Shown: positions 52,981 to 63,401 of the stretch, one piece after another
How positions within the stretch are numbered: the first letter of the stretch is position 1
How the letters are laid out: every line of letters starts with the position of its first letter
DNA from: Nitrososphaeria archaeon
GTDB lineage: Archaea > Thermoproteota > Nitrososphaeria > JACIWG01
DNA: 64,000 nt
NCBI GenBank assembly: GCA_963752255.1
Contig: CAVVXT010000012.1
Location: forward strand, 96,001-160,000
Direction of reading: 5' to 3'
Made by a program: the position numbers and the translations under genes
The notes under the pieces: model-generated
Database searches by the model: none
What the model was told of the DNA's origin: nothing
The model's input: only the letters and a program-made list of their open reading frames with translations

Positions 52981-53130
52981 TTAACCCAATACAACTAATA
53001 CAATGCCGCAGACAGTTCTCAGTAATCTTCCTACTTGAAAGTACCAGGGATGTTTGTCGTACCACCAGTACCAGATGTTTGAGGCTCCCTCTATTGCTAC
53101 GAAGGCTCCTATTCCCTTTATCCAGATCAT
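52981..53130 (-). CDS. Small membrane protein (49 aa)
   Basis: MIWIKGIGAFVAIEG...FQVGRLLRTVCGIVLVVLG; ATGA overlap with an upstream 29-aa ORF. Confidence 0.5.
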   Translation of the reverse strand: MIWIKGIGAFVAIEGASNIWYWWYDKHPWYFQVGRLLRTVCGIVLVVLG

Positions 53131-53879
53131 ACATTATCCCTCTTACAGCCCTTCTTTGGACAAACATTCTTTACCCAATATGCAACCTTGGACTTCATAA
53201 ACAGATCACATCTCATTTCCTTTTTAGAGCCCACAGATAACCATTTCTGAAGCATAATGCCATCTGTAGCATTGCATACTGAACAATATTAGCTAGACAC
53301 TTAACCTTATCAAGAATTCTTATATTTTCTATGAAGTGGATCTTAACGAAGAAGGTTTATTTTCGAAGTGTTTGTACTTTCTTCTAAAAACACTAAAGAT
53401 AATTTACATGAAGGACACAAGAGACTGTTATCAAACTGATAGACTTTTTTCTTAGCATTTTTTTATCAAAAAAATAGGGGTTAGAGAATATAGTGTTTCC
53501 TTCGTTTTTTCTCTTCTATTTTGGGCGTTAAACCCATTTCTTCTTCAATTGCGTCTACGTCTTTCCATGGCATTTTAAATCGCTGTGTCCACACTGCAAA
53601 GAGGACTGCTATTTACATGTTTTTTTTACATTTATTGATAAATTAATAAAAAAAATTGCACAATATAACTGATATAGAACAAGTAGCAGCTAACAGAGTT
53701 CTCCAAGAAGATTGGGCGAGTAAATCGAATTTTTATGAGGAAGATTTTGCGAATAAAATAGGTGCGACCTTGAGCAAACATCAATACTGGGATTGCACTT
53801 GGAATGGTTTACATATAGAATCTATTAGTTAATCTCGAGCCTTCTTTGTTTCACGTAGTAGAAGAGGATTTTTAATATA

Positions 53880-54275
53880 TTGTGAATGTTAAATACTCTT
53901 ATAAGGGAGAAGGTTCTTTCTAATACTTAAGTGATAAAATGATCTTTATCAGTTTAATGAAGTTCAGGCAGAAGCCTACAAAGGAATTGATTGCTGAAAA
54001 CGCGAAGCTCTATGAAAAAGAAAGGAAAGAAGGAGTAAAGAGTCTTGGAACATATTATACATTAGGCAGATACGACGCAGTCGGCATAATTGAAGCGCCT
54101 GATGAAAAAACAGCTTTGAAACTCGCGATGAGAAGAGGATTCCTCACAAGTGAGACGCTCGTCGCAGTACCCGCAGAAGAAGCCAGAAAACTCGTCGAAT
54201 AACCAAACACACCTTCACAACATTTTTTGTATATACTATAACGCTATTTTTTGAGTTAGTTTATCCCTAGCCTTT
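53880..54275 (+). repeat. ~400 bp direct repeat, copy 2
   Basis: Aligns with 49218-49623. Confidence 0.92.
53939..54202 (+). CDS. GYD domain protein (copy B)
   Basis: Paralog of 49277-49543; TLGRYD motif. Confidence 0.88.
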   Translation: MIFISLMKFRQKPTKELIAENAKLYEKERKEGVKSLGTYYTLGRYDAVGIIEAPDEKTALKLAMRRGFLTSETLVAVPAEEARKLVE

Positions 54276-54334
54276 TCTGTTATTTTCAAAAATAGGAGTA
54301 GGGGTTGTTGACCCCTTTAATGTTTCTATGGTGG

Positions 54335-54628
54335 TTATGGAAGTTTTGCGATTAGTTTCGCGCCTTCCTCCGCTGAAAAGGCTTTGAGGGTTATTGTGCG
54401 GACATTGCCTCCCATTGCGACAGCTAGCGAATTTATAAATGCGTTCTCATCGTTGTCGCTTTCTACTAATATCACCATGTCATATAGACCAAACGTGTAC
54501 CAAAAGCCTAGCCATTTTCCGCCTGTCTTTTCGACAAGGGCTTTTTCCTTTGCTACCCGCTTAGAAGATTCCTTGACATTCTTTATCCCTTGGTCCGTCC
54601 AATTTACGAGTTGAATAAAGTATGGCAT
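54335..54628 (-). CDS. GYD domain protein (divergent third paralog)
   Basis: WTDQGIKNVK, TFGLYD and GNVRTITLKAF canonical GYD pattern. Confidence 0.9.
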   Translation of the reverse strand: MPYFIQLVNWTDQGIKNVKESSKRVAKEKALVEKTGGKWLGFWYTFGLYDMVILVESDNDENAFINSLAVAMGGNVRTITLKAFSAEEGAKLIAKLP

Positions 54629-55067
54629 AGATTATTTTTGAAATATTCCTATATAAAGTTAACAGCCATCAACAGTCATCATCAACAATCAACATCCATC
54701 ATAAGCGTTCATCATCCGCCATCACTTGACCAATTGTCATAGTGGACAATAGGGTACCCTATGTCAACAAGGCAATAGTAGCGCTCAAAAGGGATAGGAG
54801 TATGACGGAGAGCACAGATATAATAAAGCAGCGTGAAAAGGACTTCGATTTAAGCCAGAGCAGGATTTGTGAGCTCATGTCTGATGAATATAAACGGGCA
54901 TACGGATATATTTGGGCACTAGCTTTTTTGTCAAGCCTTTTTACGCTTTATGACCCTTAATATTGTACTGGGGCATCATCCGATTTTTTTAGGCATTTTT
55001 TTGGAAACCTTATCTTATGGTATTCCTATAAGATTTAACGGAAACTTTTTGTCGCGAGCCGGATGTC

Positions 55068-55119
55068 TAACGTTATTATAAAATGTTTTTATATAACGTT
55101 TTTATATAATGTTATTATG
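55068..55119 (+). repeat. Four tandem 13-bp repeats (WAAYGTTWTTATR)
   Basis: TAACGTTATTATA / AAATGTTTTTATA / TAACGTTTTTATA / TAATGTTATTATG, ending in an ATG. Confidence 0.85.
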
Positions 55120-55224
55120 CCAAGAAAAAAAGGGGACGACGACGAGCTGACAAGGAAGGCGCTCGAGCTTAGAGGTAAGGGCTTGAGCTATAGGGAAATG
55201 ATAGGGCTTTATAGTAGAAGCTAG
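55117..55224 (+). pseudogene. Truncated HTH DNA-binding protein
   Basis: MPRKK...KALELRGKGLSYREM stops before the recognition helix. Confidence 0.55.
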
Positions 55225-55495
55225 TATCTTTGTCAATAGAAAGTCGGTAGATCATAGAGTTATCATACAAGAGCTCGTTGGACACTAAGATGGTCATGGG
55301 AAAAGAATTTATTGTCGAAACAACTTAAGTTACACAAAGAGGCTCTTGAGGTTTTTAAGAAAAGATTATAAAAAAAATCTATTTCAAAGAATGCAATCCA
55401 ACAATGCCTTAGGATAAGTTCTATCTATTGCCTCAGTTAATAGAAGTAAAGGTTAGCTTCTATAACAGATTTAACTTAACTTAATGTTTTATACT

Positions 55496-55705
55496 CTATT
55501 CTTTTGCGAGGATTACTTCCGTTGATTTTATTATTACCTTTACTTTATCTCCCTTCTTTATCTTAAGGTCTTCAACTGCCTCTTTGGTAATAACAGACGT
55601 AACTGTAGCGGGAGCTTCAACCTTCACCTTTACCTTTGCGGTAATTATACCTATTTCAATGTCTTCTACTTTTCCCTCAAACTGGTTTCTTGCGCTTAAT
55701 TTCAT
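55496..55705 (-). CDS. Molybdate-binding Mop/TOBE protein
   Basis: MKLSARNQ, SVITKEAVEDL and IIKSTEV motifs. Confidence 0.92.
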   Translation of the reverse strand: MKLSARNQFEGKVEDIEIGIITAKVKVKVEAPATVTSVITKEAVEDLKIKKGDKVKVIIKSTEVILAKE

Positions 55706-55919
55706 TTATATCGCCAATTATTTATTGAAGTTAAGGCATATAAAAGCGTTTGCAAATAAAAAAAATTTTTAAGATTGTTTGGGTGAAACAATAGTTATTA
55801 TGAAGATCTTATTCTTTAACCCCTCTTCAGGCCTTTTCTGTCATTTATCGCGCTTATGCATTTTGTAAAAGAAGACACGAATTATCAATTTTTAAATAGA
55901 ACTTCCTACAATGTTATAG

Positions 55920-56264
55920 ATGATTTGTTTGGATTTAGCGAAACAAAAGTGCGTTCCATGTGAAGGTGGGACACCACCAATGTCGAGAGCTGAAGCAGAG
56001 AAATATATTCCAGAGATTCCAGGTTGGACATTGTATGAGGATCACATAGAGAAAGAATATAAATTCAGCAGCTATCTAGATGGCCTAGAGTTTGCATATA
56101 GGCTCGGCAAAACTGCCGAAGAACAGGATCATCACCCTGATATCCTGATTAGGTGGAAACGTGTTAAGGTCACTTTGACGACGCACGCTATCAAGGGTTT
56201 GAGTGCCAATGATTTTATTATGGCCGCGAAAGCTGAAAAAATCTTTAGTGGGAAAGGAGCTTAA
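55920..56264 (+). CDS. Pterin-4a-carbinolamine dehydratase
   Basis: CVPC, AEEQDHHPD, TTHAIKGL and NDFIMAAK motifs. Confidence 0.92.
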   Translation: MICLDLAKQKCVPCEGGTPPMSRAEAEKYIPEIPGWTLYEDHIEKEYKFSSYLDGLEFAYRLGKTAEEQDHHPDILIRWKRVKVTLTTHAIKGLSANDFIMAAKAEKIFSGKGA

Positions 56265-56348
56265 TCAACCCTTTCCATCGCCAGTGCTTCAAACCTCACT
56301 AGGTATACAACTTTCTAGAACCCTTTAGTATATGAAAAAAAGGATGAG

Positions 56349-56921
56349 TCACCAGTTCTCTGCGAGCACTTCGTAGAATGCCTGTGGATGTTTGCATGCG
56401 GGGCATACCTTCGGAGCTTCCGTACCTACGTGGGTGTACCCACAATTTCTGCAGTGCCAGATTACCGGTTTTTCCCTTTTAAAGAATGAGCCTGATTGCA
56501 CGATTTTCAATAGTGCTCTATATCGCCTTTCATGAAACTGCTCCACTTCAGCGACTTCCGTAAACGATTTTGCTATATTCAAAAAGCCTTCTTCTTGCGC
56601 AATCTTGGAAAACGAAGGATACAAGGTGCCCCACTCCATCTTTTCACCTTCAGCCGCTGCCTGTAGGTTATCGGCAACCCTACCTAAAACTCCTGCAGGA
56701 AAAGATGCCGTAATTTCTACCGCACCGCCCTGTAGATAGCTGAAGAATATTTTGGCGTGCTCCTTTTCGTTGTCCGCGGTTTCCAAGAAGATCGCGGAAA
56801 CCTGTTCAAGACCTTCGCTGCGAGCAGCGCTCGCAAAGTAGGTGTAACGGTTTCTTGCTTGAGACTCTCCAGCGAATGCTCCTAGGAGATTCTTTTCTGT
56901 TCTGCTCCCTTTTAATTCCAT
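56349..56921 (-). CDS. rbr: Rubrerythrin
   Basis: AFAGESQARNRY, EKEHA and CRNCG...CPAC motifs. Confidence 0.95.
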   Translation of the reverse strand: MELKGSRTEKNLLGAFAGESQARNRYTYFASAARSEGLEQVSAIFLETADNEKEHAKIFFSYLQGGAVEITASFPAGVLGRVADNLQAAAEGEKMEWGTLYPSFSKIAQEEGFLNIAKSFTEVAEVEQFHERRYRALLKIVQSGSFFKREKPVIWHCRNCGYTHVGTEAPKVCPACKHPQAFYEVLAENW

Positions 56922-56997
56922 ATTCTTTTCCTCTGATCGAAGCCTATCCTATTTTAATTATATTAATTTTTTGTAATTAAGGCGCTTATACGGTTTA

Positions 56998-57573
56998 TCA
57001 TGGATTCCCGTTCATCATCATCTTTAGCGCTTCTTCTCTTTTCGCCTGTGAAGTTTCAAAAATTCCTCTGGCTGTGCTTGAGACCGTTTCAACATTGGGC
57101 ATGGTAACACCCCTCATTTCAAGACAAAGGTGTCTAGCCTTTACTAACACGAAAACACCTTTTGCATTCAACTTTGCAAGGAGATAGTCTGCTATCTGCT
57201 CGGAGAAAGTTTCCTGCACCTGCAACCTCAGCGAAAAGAACTTGACCACCCTAGGAATCTTTGATAGCCCCACAATCTTTTCCCCTGGTATGTACGCTAT
57301 CGAGACATCACCAAAGATAGGTAACATGTGATGGGCGCAAACGGAGTAGAAAGGTATTTTTTTTACTGCGATTATATCATTGTATCCGGTGTTACTGAAT
57401 AAAGTCATCTTCGGCTCATTCCTTTCATCCATACCCGAAAAAAGTTCCAAGTACATCTTAGCAACTCGTCTCGGTGTATTTCTGTAGGTCTCAGACCCCT
57501 TTTCTACGCCGATTTCATCCAATATGGTTCTAACAGCCTGCTCTAACCTGTGTTCGCTCGAGCTGGGTTTCAT
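56998..57573 (-). CDS. folE: GTP cyclohydrolase IA
   Basis: TPRRVA, CAHHMLP, GLSKIPR, QVQE and HLCLEMRG motifs. Confidence 0.93.
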   Translation of the reverse strand: MKPSSSEHRLEQAVRTILDEIGVEKGSETYRNTPRRVAKMYLELFSGMDERNEPKMTLFSNTGYNDIIAVKKIPFYSVCAHHMLPIFGDVSIAYIPGEKIVGLSKIPRVVKFFSLRLQVQETFSEQIADYLLAKLNAKGVFVLVKARHLCLEMRGVTMPNVETVSSTARGIFETSQAKREEALKMMMNGNP

Positions 57574-57930
57574 TTACTCCCAGTACTCCGCGTAATTCTT
57601 CGGGGATTCCCAGACCCTGACCTTCTCCAAGTTGTTTACATCAGCCTTCTTCAGTTCTCTGAATATCGTCTTTGCAATGTTCTCAGAAGTTGTGTCGTTT
57701 CCCATGATGTCATTTAGGTGCTTATGGTCGTATTTATCAACTATGATTCTGAGAGCTTGTTTTAAATCAATAAAATCGGCGCCTACAAGTATTCCGTTAT
57801 CATCAAGCTGATTTCCTATAATAAAAACCTCAACCTTATATGAATGACCATGCAGGTTCCTACACTTACCTGGATGCCCTGGAATTATATGTGAAGCATC
57901 AAAGCTATCCTCGATCCTTACTCTGAACAT
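57574..57930 (-). CDS. queD: 6-carboxytetrahydropterin synthase / PTPS
   Basis: FDASH, CRNLHGH, DHKHLND and TSENIA motifs. Confidence 0.9.
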   Translation of the reverse strand: MFRVRIEDSFDASHIIPGHPGKCRNLHGHSYKVEVFIIGNQLDDNGILVGADFIDLKQALRIIVDKYDHKHLNDIMGNDTTSENIAKTIFRELKKADVNNLEKVRVWESPKNYAEYWE

Positions 57931-58086
57931 AAATATGTTAACACATCAGTGATATTTATATTTACAAATGCAAGTGGATTTTAATAAACCGACTAGGAAC
58001 TCCTTAAAGAATTGATCAACGTCGTATAAAATAATAAAAAATAATCACTTAAACGACATCATGTACCTTTTTTGATTCTTAAAAAA

Positions 58087-58504
58087 TTACATATACTTGC
58101 TTATTTTCTTTGTGACACGATCTAATTCTTCGTGACTTAATCCTTGAATTCTTTGAGTCTGATGGAACATCTGCTCTCCAGGTTCTAGGAATTATGTGTA
58201 CGTGTAGATGTGGTACGCGCTGGCCTGCGGCAATTCCGTTTCTTTGGGTTATCACAATTCCTTCTGCGTTAATTCCTTTCTTTACAGCAATCGCAACCCT
58301 TTTGACTATTTTGAACAAAATTGCAATCTCATCGTCGGAAATGTTAAAAATAGTTTCTATGTGCTTTTTAGGAATAACGAGTGTATGCCCTTCACTTATG
58401 GGGTTTATGTCCAAGAAAGCTATCGCATGTTCATCCTCATAAATCAAATTGGTTGACTCTTCTTTCTTCACCAATTTACAAAATGTGCAGGTATCATTTG
58501 ACAT
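58087..58504 (-). CDS. HIT family hydrolase (probable frameshift ~58182)
   Basis: CTFC, GHTLVIPK and HLHVHII. The typical C-terminal helix EELDRVTKKI lies in another frame ending at 58087. Confidence 0.85.
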
Positions 58505-58665
58505 AATTTCACCTTATTATCTATGCTATGTGACTGTATTTGACTTTTTTTCTTTTCTTTCATAAGCAATAGACTCAGAAATCAATGTGAATACAATGAG
58601 TTAAGCTTTTAAGAAAATAAATAAAAATTATATATCACTTTTAAACAGTAATATGCCGGTAATTT

Positions 58666-58809
58666 ATGTCAAAGGATTTGGTCTGTGGTATGGAAGTTGA
58701 CGAGAAGACATCTAAATTGAAGTCTGAATATAAGGGTAAAACATATTATTTCTGTGCATCGATGTGCAAGCAGAAATTTGATAAAAACCCAGAAAAGTAT
58801 GTTAGATAA
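58666..58809 (+). CDS. YHS domain protein (47 aa, absent from the ORF track)
   Basis: MSKDLVCGMEV...YKGKTYYFCASMCKQKFDKNPEKY. Confidence 0.9.
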   Translation: MSKDLVCGMEVDEKTSKLKSEYKGKTYYFCASMCKQKFDKNPEKYVR

Positions 58810-59104
58810 GATCTTCAAGTATGTTATGAAATTTAAATCCCCGTGAAATAACCAGATGTATACGGCTCCTACGAGAAAGATGGTGATAACAGAAATGGCT
58901 ATGTAGTCTCTAATTGCCATCTTTATTTCTTTCAGTTCTGTCGGTTTAATAGCGGCTTCGTAGCCTCTAAGGATATCGACATTATAAACTTTAACACATC
59001 TATATTAAAATATTAACATAAACAAGGCAAATTCTATAGAAAAATGTATAAAGAAAGGTGATTTGGATGCAATTCTTATATATCTTATATAACAGTAGTT
59101 TACT

Positions 59105-59791
59105 ATGGAAATAGTCGACAAGATTCCCATTGAACTAGACACGGGAGAAATAATTAAAACTCAAAAGTTGGGTAAGGTGAGGGAGGCCGAAGTCAATGCT
59201 CTCGTCGAAAAAGCAGCCACACTTATTGAACCTAGAGCCGTCTATTCTTTAAAAGAAGTTACAAGGGTAGGAGATGATGAAGTTCAGCTAGAAGGGGGAC
59301 ACACCTTCAAAAGCCAAGTACTTGCAGATAATTTAAAGCAAGGGCAGACTGTTGCCGTCTATGCTGTGACGATCGGGCCGAAACTTGAAAAAAATGCTTC
59401 TGAAGTAGCTAAAAGCAGCATTCTCCAATCGTTCGTTTTTGAAAAGATCGCGGACTTTGCTGTATCGGAAGCTCGGGACTATGTGAAAGGATTGATTGAG
59501 AGCGAGCTCGGTGGGAAGGTATCGAGCTTTGGACCGGGAACGGGTACGGGAATCCTTTTCGACATAAAGCAACAAAAGGTTCTCTTTATGATACTTGATC
59601 CAATGAAGAGCATAGGTGTACAGCTTTCTCCTAGCTATTTAATGATACCGAGGAAGTCGGTTTCAGGGGTTTTTGCGTTAACAGAAGAGGAATATGTCGC
59701 GTGCCAGTACTGCCCTAAAAAGTGCGATGGTAGGAGGACGGCGTTTATCGGGCAGTATCGAAGCGTCAATTGTGAACATAATCTGCCCTAG
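59105..59791 (+). CDS. Stand-alone B12-dependent methionine synthase activation-domain-like protein
   Basis: AVTIG, FGPG, QQKVLF, IGVQLS...MIPRKSVSG and terminal CxxC...C motifs. Confidence 0.75.
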   Translation: MEIVDKIPIELDTGEIIKTQKLGKVREAEVNALVEKAATLIEPRAVYSLKEVTRVGDDEVQLEGGHTFKSQVLADNLKQGQTVAVYAVTIGPKLEKNASEVAKSSILQSFVFEKIADFAVSEARDYVKGLIESELGGKVSSFGPGTGTGILFDIKQQKVLFMILDPMKSIGVQLSPSYLMIPRKSVSGVFALTEEEYVACQYCPKKCDGRRTAFIGQYRSVNCEHNLP

Positions 59792-60825
59792 AAGTATTTT
59801 TTGAGCCTTTGAGCCATGTCTTCAGGAGTATCGTATGATTCGCCTTCCATCATTATCGTTTGAAGCCCCCAAAGGTCGCTGACAAAAGGTTGTTTGTATC
59901 CAGCGCGTCCCACAATTCTTAAACCCAGACGGAAGTAATTATCCGAATCTTCACCTAGAGGTCCTGAGTATAACAGCATGTTAAAACTTGATAGCCCTTC
60001 GTCCTGATAGAAGCTAAGAACGTTTGACACACCTTTTGCGAACGTTTCAAAGTCTTCTTTGTTCAGGTCCAGAAGACTTGAATGCTTCCTGCTTACAGAC
60101 CAAACCTCATATGTATTTGAAGGGGCGAAAGGAGTGAACCAAGCAGTTTCACCAACACCCCCAATATAACGTTCGCTTTTTTCTTCTTCTTTGATCAAAT
60201 CTAACCAAAAATTATTTTTGTAACGCGAATAGTATTCTTGACTTTTTCCCAATAGTTCCCGTAGTAAATTAAACGATAGGTCACTCACGAGAATCTGTAT
60301 GTGGGGGTGAATAACCGTAGAACCTGATAATGGCAGATAATTTTCGATGAAACAGGCGTAGAATGTTCTATTGTATGTGCGGGAAAGCCTTTTGATATAC
60401 TCCTGTCCGGCTTTGAAAGCGTTGCTCATCTTTTCTGGTGCAAGCTCTTTAGGTTGGAGGTAGTGTTCCTTACTTAGGACAACTATCGCGTTGTTTTCCA
60501 TATGGGCAAACAGGCCCGGAAAAAGTACTGCATCGCCGACCTGTATCTTCCCCTCTTCAATGATTTCAGGTTGGAATTTCGGTGTTGACAATTCAAGTTT
60601 TTCTGGGCAGAAAGGGCAGCTCGCCCTTGTTTTTTCAACAACTTCAGCGATTTCACGTAAATCTGATTCGAAAAGCTTTTTGACATATTGAAACCTACCT
60701 CTGGTTATTACGGTGCTGCGGCCGGTGAGTGGGTCATATCTATGTTCTACGACCTGCTCTTCAGATTCAAAGTTCTTCAGTGGTGAACGAAATTTTGCAT
60801 ATCTAATTTCATTTCTAAACTCCAA
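59788..60825 (-). CDS. Galactose-1-phosphate uridylyltransferase-like
   Basis: RYDPLTG, CPFC, HPHIQ and PFAP motifs. Confidence 0.8.
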   Translation of the reverse strand: MEFRNEIRYAKFRSPLKNFESEEQVVEHRYDPLTGRSTVITRGRFQYVKKLFESDLREIAEVVEKTRASCPFCPEKLELSTPKFQPEIIEEGKIQVGDAVLFPGLFAHMENNAIVVLSKEHYLQPKELAPEKMSNAFKAGQEYIKRLSRTYNRTFYACFIENYLPLSGSTVIHPHIQILVSDLSFNLLRELLGKSQEYYSRYKNNFWLDLIKEEEKSERYIGGVGETAWFTPFAPSNTYEVWSVSRKHSSLLDLNKEDFETFAKGVSNVLSFYQDEGLSSFNMLLYSGPLGEDSDNYFRLGLRIVGRAGYKQPFVSDLWGLQTIMMEGESYDTPEDMAQRLKKYF

Positions 60826-61040
60826 GCATATCAGATAAAAGTATTGTACCTTATCTCGTATAAAAGTGTAGCTTCAGATGAGAGAGAGATAACTGTTCAG
60901 CTTTTAGATTTTCAGCTCACATTTTTTAACTGTTGATATCACTTCCCCAAGCCTTCAGGACTGAGCTCTTGCAGCTGTCCCCGCAGACGTAATTTTTTCA
61001 GCCTTAGAAATACTAAAATTGCAATAGAGTAGGGTCTAAG

Positions 61041-62251
61041 CTACTTTTGATATTTTTCTATCGCTTCCAGAGCTGGAAGCTTTTTGCCCATCAGCACTTC
61101 CAGGAGGGCGCCACCGCCGGAACTCACGTAAGAAATCTTGTTGTAGAGACCTAACCTACTTAGTGCCGCTATCGTGTGACCTCCACCTGCAACGGTAAAA
61201 GCGTTTGAGGCAATTGCTGATTCGAATACCGCTTTTGTTCCTTTAATGAATTCGTCGTTTTCGTAAACACCCATAGGTCCGTGCATCAAAACAGCCTTAG
61301 CACCACGTAATACGTTCTGATAAATTGCAATCGTCTTCTCTCCAATATCAGATATTTCGTATTTGTTTGGAAGGTTGATCATTTGTATCTCCACTCTTCT
61401 TCCGTTAGCATTGACGGCAAAGTCGATTGGCACAGATATTTTGTCACCGTATTTATCGAGGATACTTTTGGCTCTTGGAACCATTTCTAATAGACCTTTA
61501 TCGGAAAGGGTCTTCTTGTTCGACGGCCCTATGTCAAGACCTTTGGCAGCTAGAAAGAGCTGTGATACAAGGCCACCTGTTATTATGTGGTCAGCACGAT
61601 CATTCGATAGCACGTAATCGATTATTTCAACCCCTTCTTTGACCTTAGAACCTCCCAGTATGTAGACGATAGGTCTGTTGTCTACAGAGCGTATTCTTTC
61701 CAGAGCTTTAATTTCCTTTTCCATAACTCTGCCCAAAACAGTGGGCATCACAACTGTGAAACCGACAATTGAGGCATGTGACCTGTGTGCGGCTGCAAAA
61801 GCGTCTATAACGAACACGTCAGCTAGCGGAGCTGAGTTCGAACCAGTGAAGACTTTGACTGTTCTTCTATGGTCTTTTTTTCGGTTTCTTCAGATAGGCT
61901 GCGCACATTTTCAAGAACCAAAATCTCACCCGGCTTGAGAGCTTTTACCGCGTTAACCGCCTTCTCTCCTACGACTTCATTAACGTATGTAACCTTCTCT
62001 TTCAATATCTCTGACAGACGCTGAGCGTGTTGCTTCAACGTCGTGTAGTCCGGATCTCCGAGTCTACCTTGATGTGCAAGTACAACAACTTTAGCCCCTT
62101 TGTCAGTAAGTTCTTTGATCGTTATCGAATGAAGTCTAATCCGTTCATCGTCCAAGAGCTTCTTAGTAGAAGGGTCTACGGTTGAATTGAAATCAACTCT
62201 TACGATAGCGGTCTTATTCTTGAAATCGAAATCGTCCATCGTCTTATACAT
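61041..62251 (-). CDS. pgk: Phosphoglycerate kinase, archaeal type (frameshift ~61834)
   Basis: RVDFN, AHQGR and LENVR in the first frame; DAFAAAHRS, GGGHT and SSGGGA in the second. Confidence 0.92.
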
Positions 62252-62296
62252 GTCAGTCAGTCCCGAAAATCTATGATCCTATTTATTCAAAAGAAA

Positions 62297-63322
<1,026 letters not shown>

Positions 63323-63401
63323 CTATCGAATGCAGGTAAAATATTACCCATATAAAAGAATTAACTATTCCTAACAAGTGAGGTAAACAATATAAATTTA
63401 T

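Noticed and set aside
52904-53167. 87-aa minus-strand ORF
   Set aside because: No recognisable features; another frame gives a more plausible membrane protein.
49277-54202. Classical diversity-generating retroelement (TR/VR pair) as the cause of GYD divergence
   Set aside because: Differences are not confined to adenines of either copy, third-position A's in ACA/GGA/GCA/GTA codons are unchanged, and no reverse transcriptase is in the window.
55068-55119. CRISPR array
   Set aside because: The repeats are 13 bp and contiguous, with no spacers and no cas genes.
58669-58920. 83-aa minus-strand ORF
   Set aside because: It largely overlaps antisense the clear YHS gene at 58666-58809.
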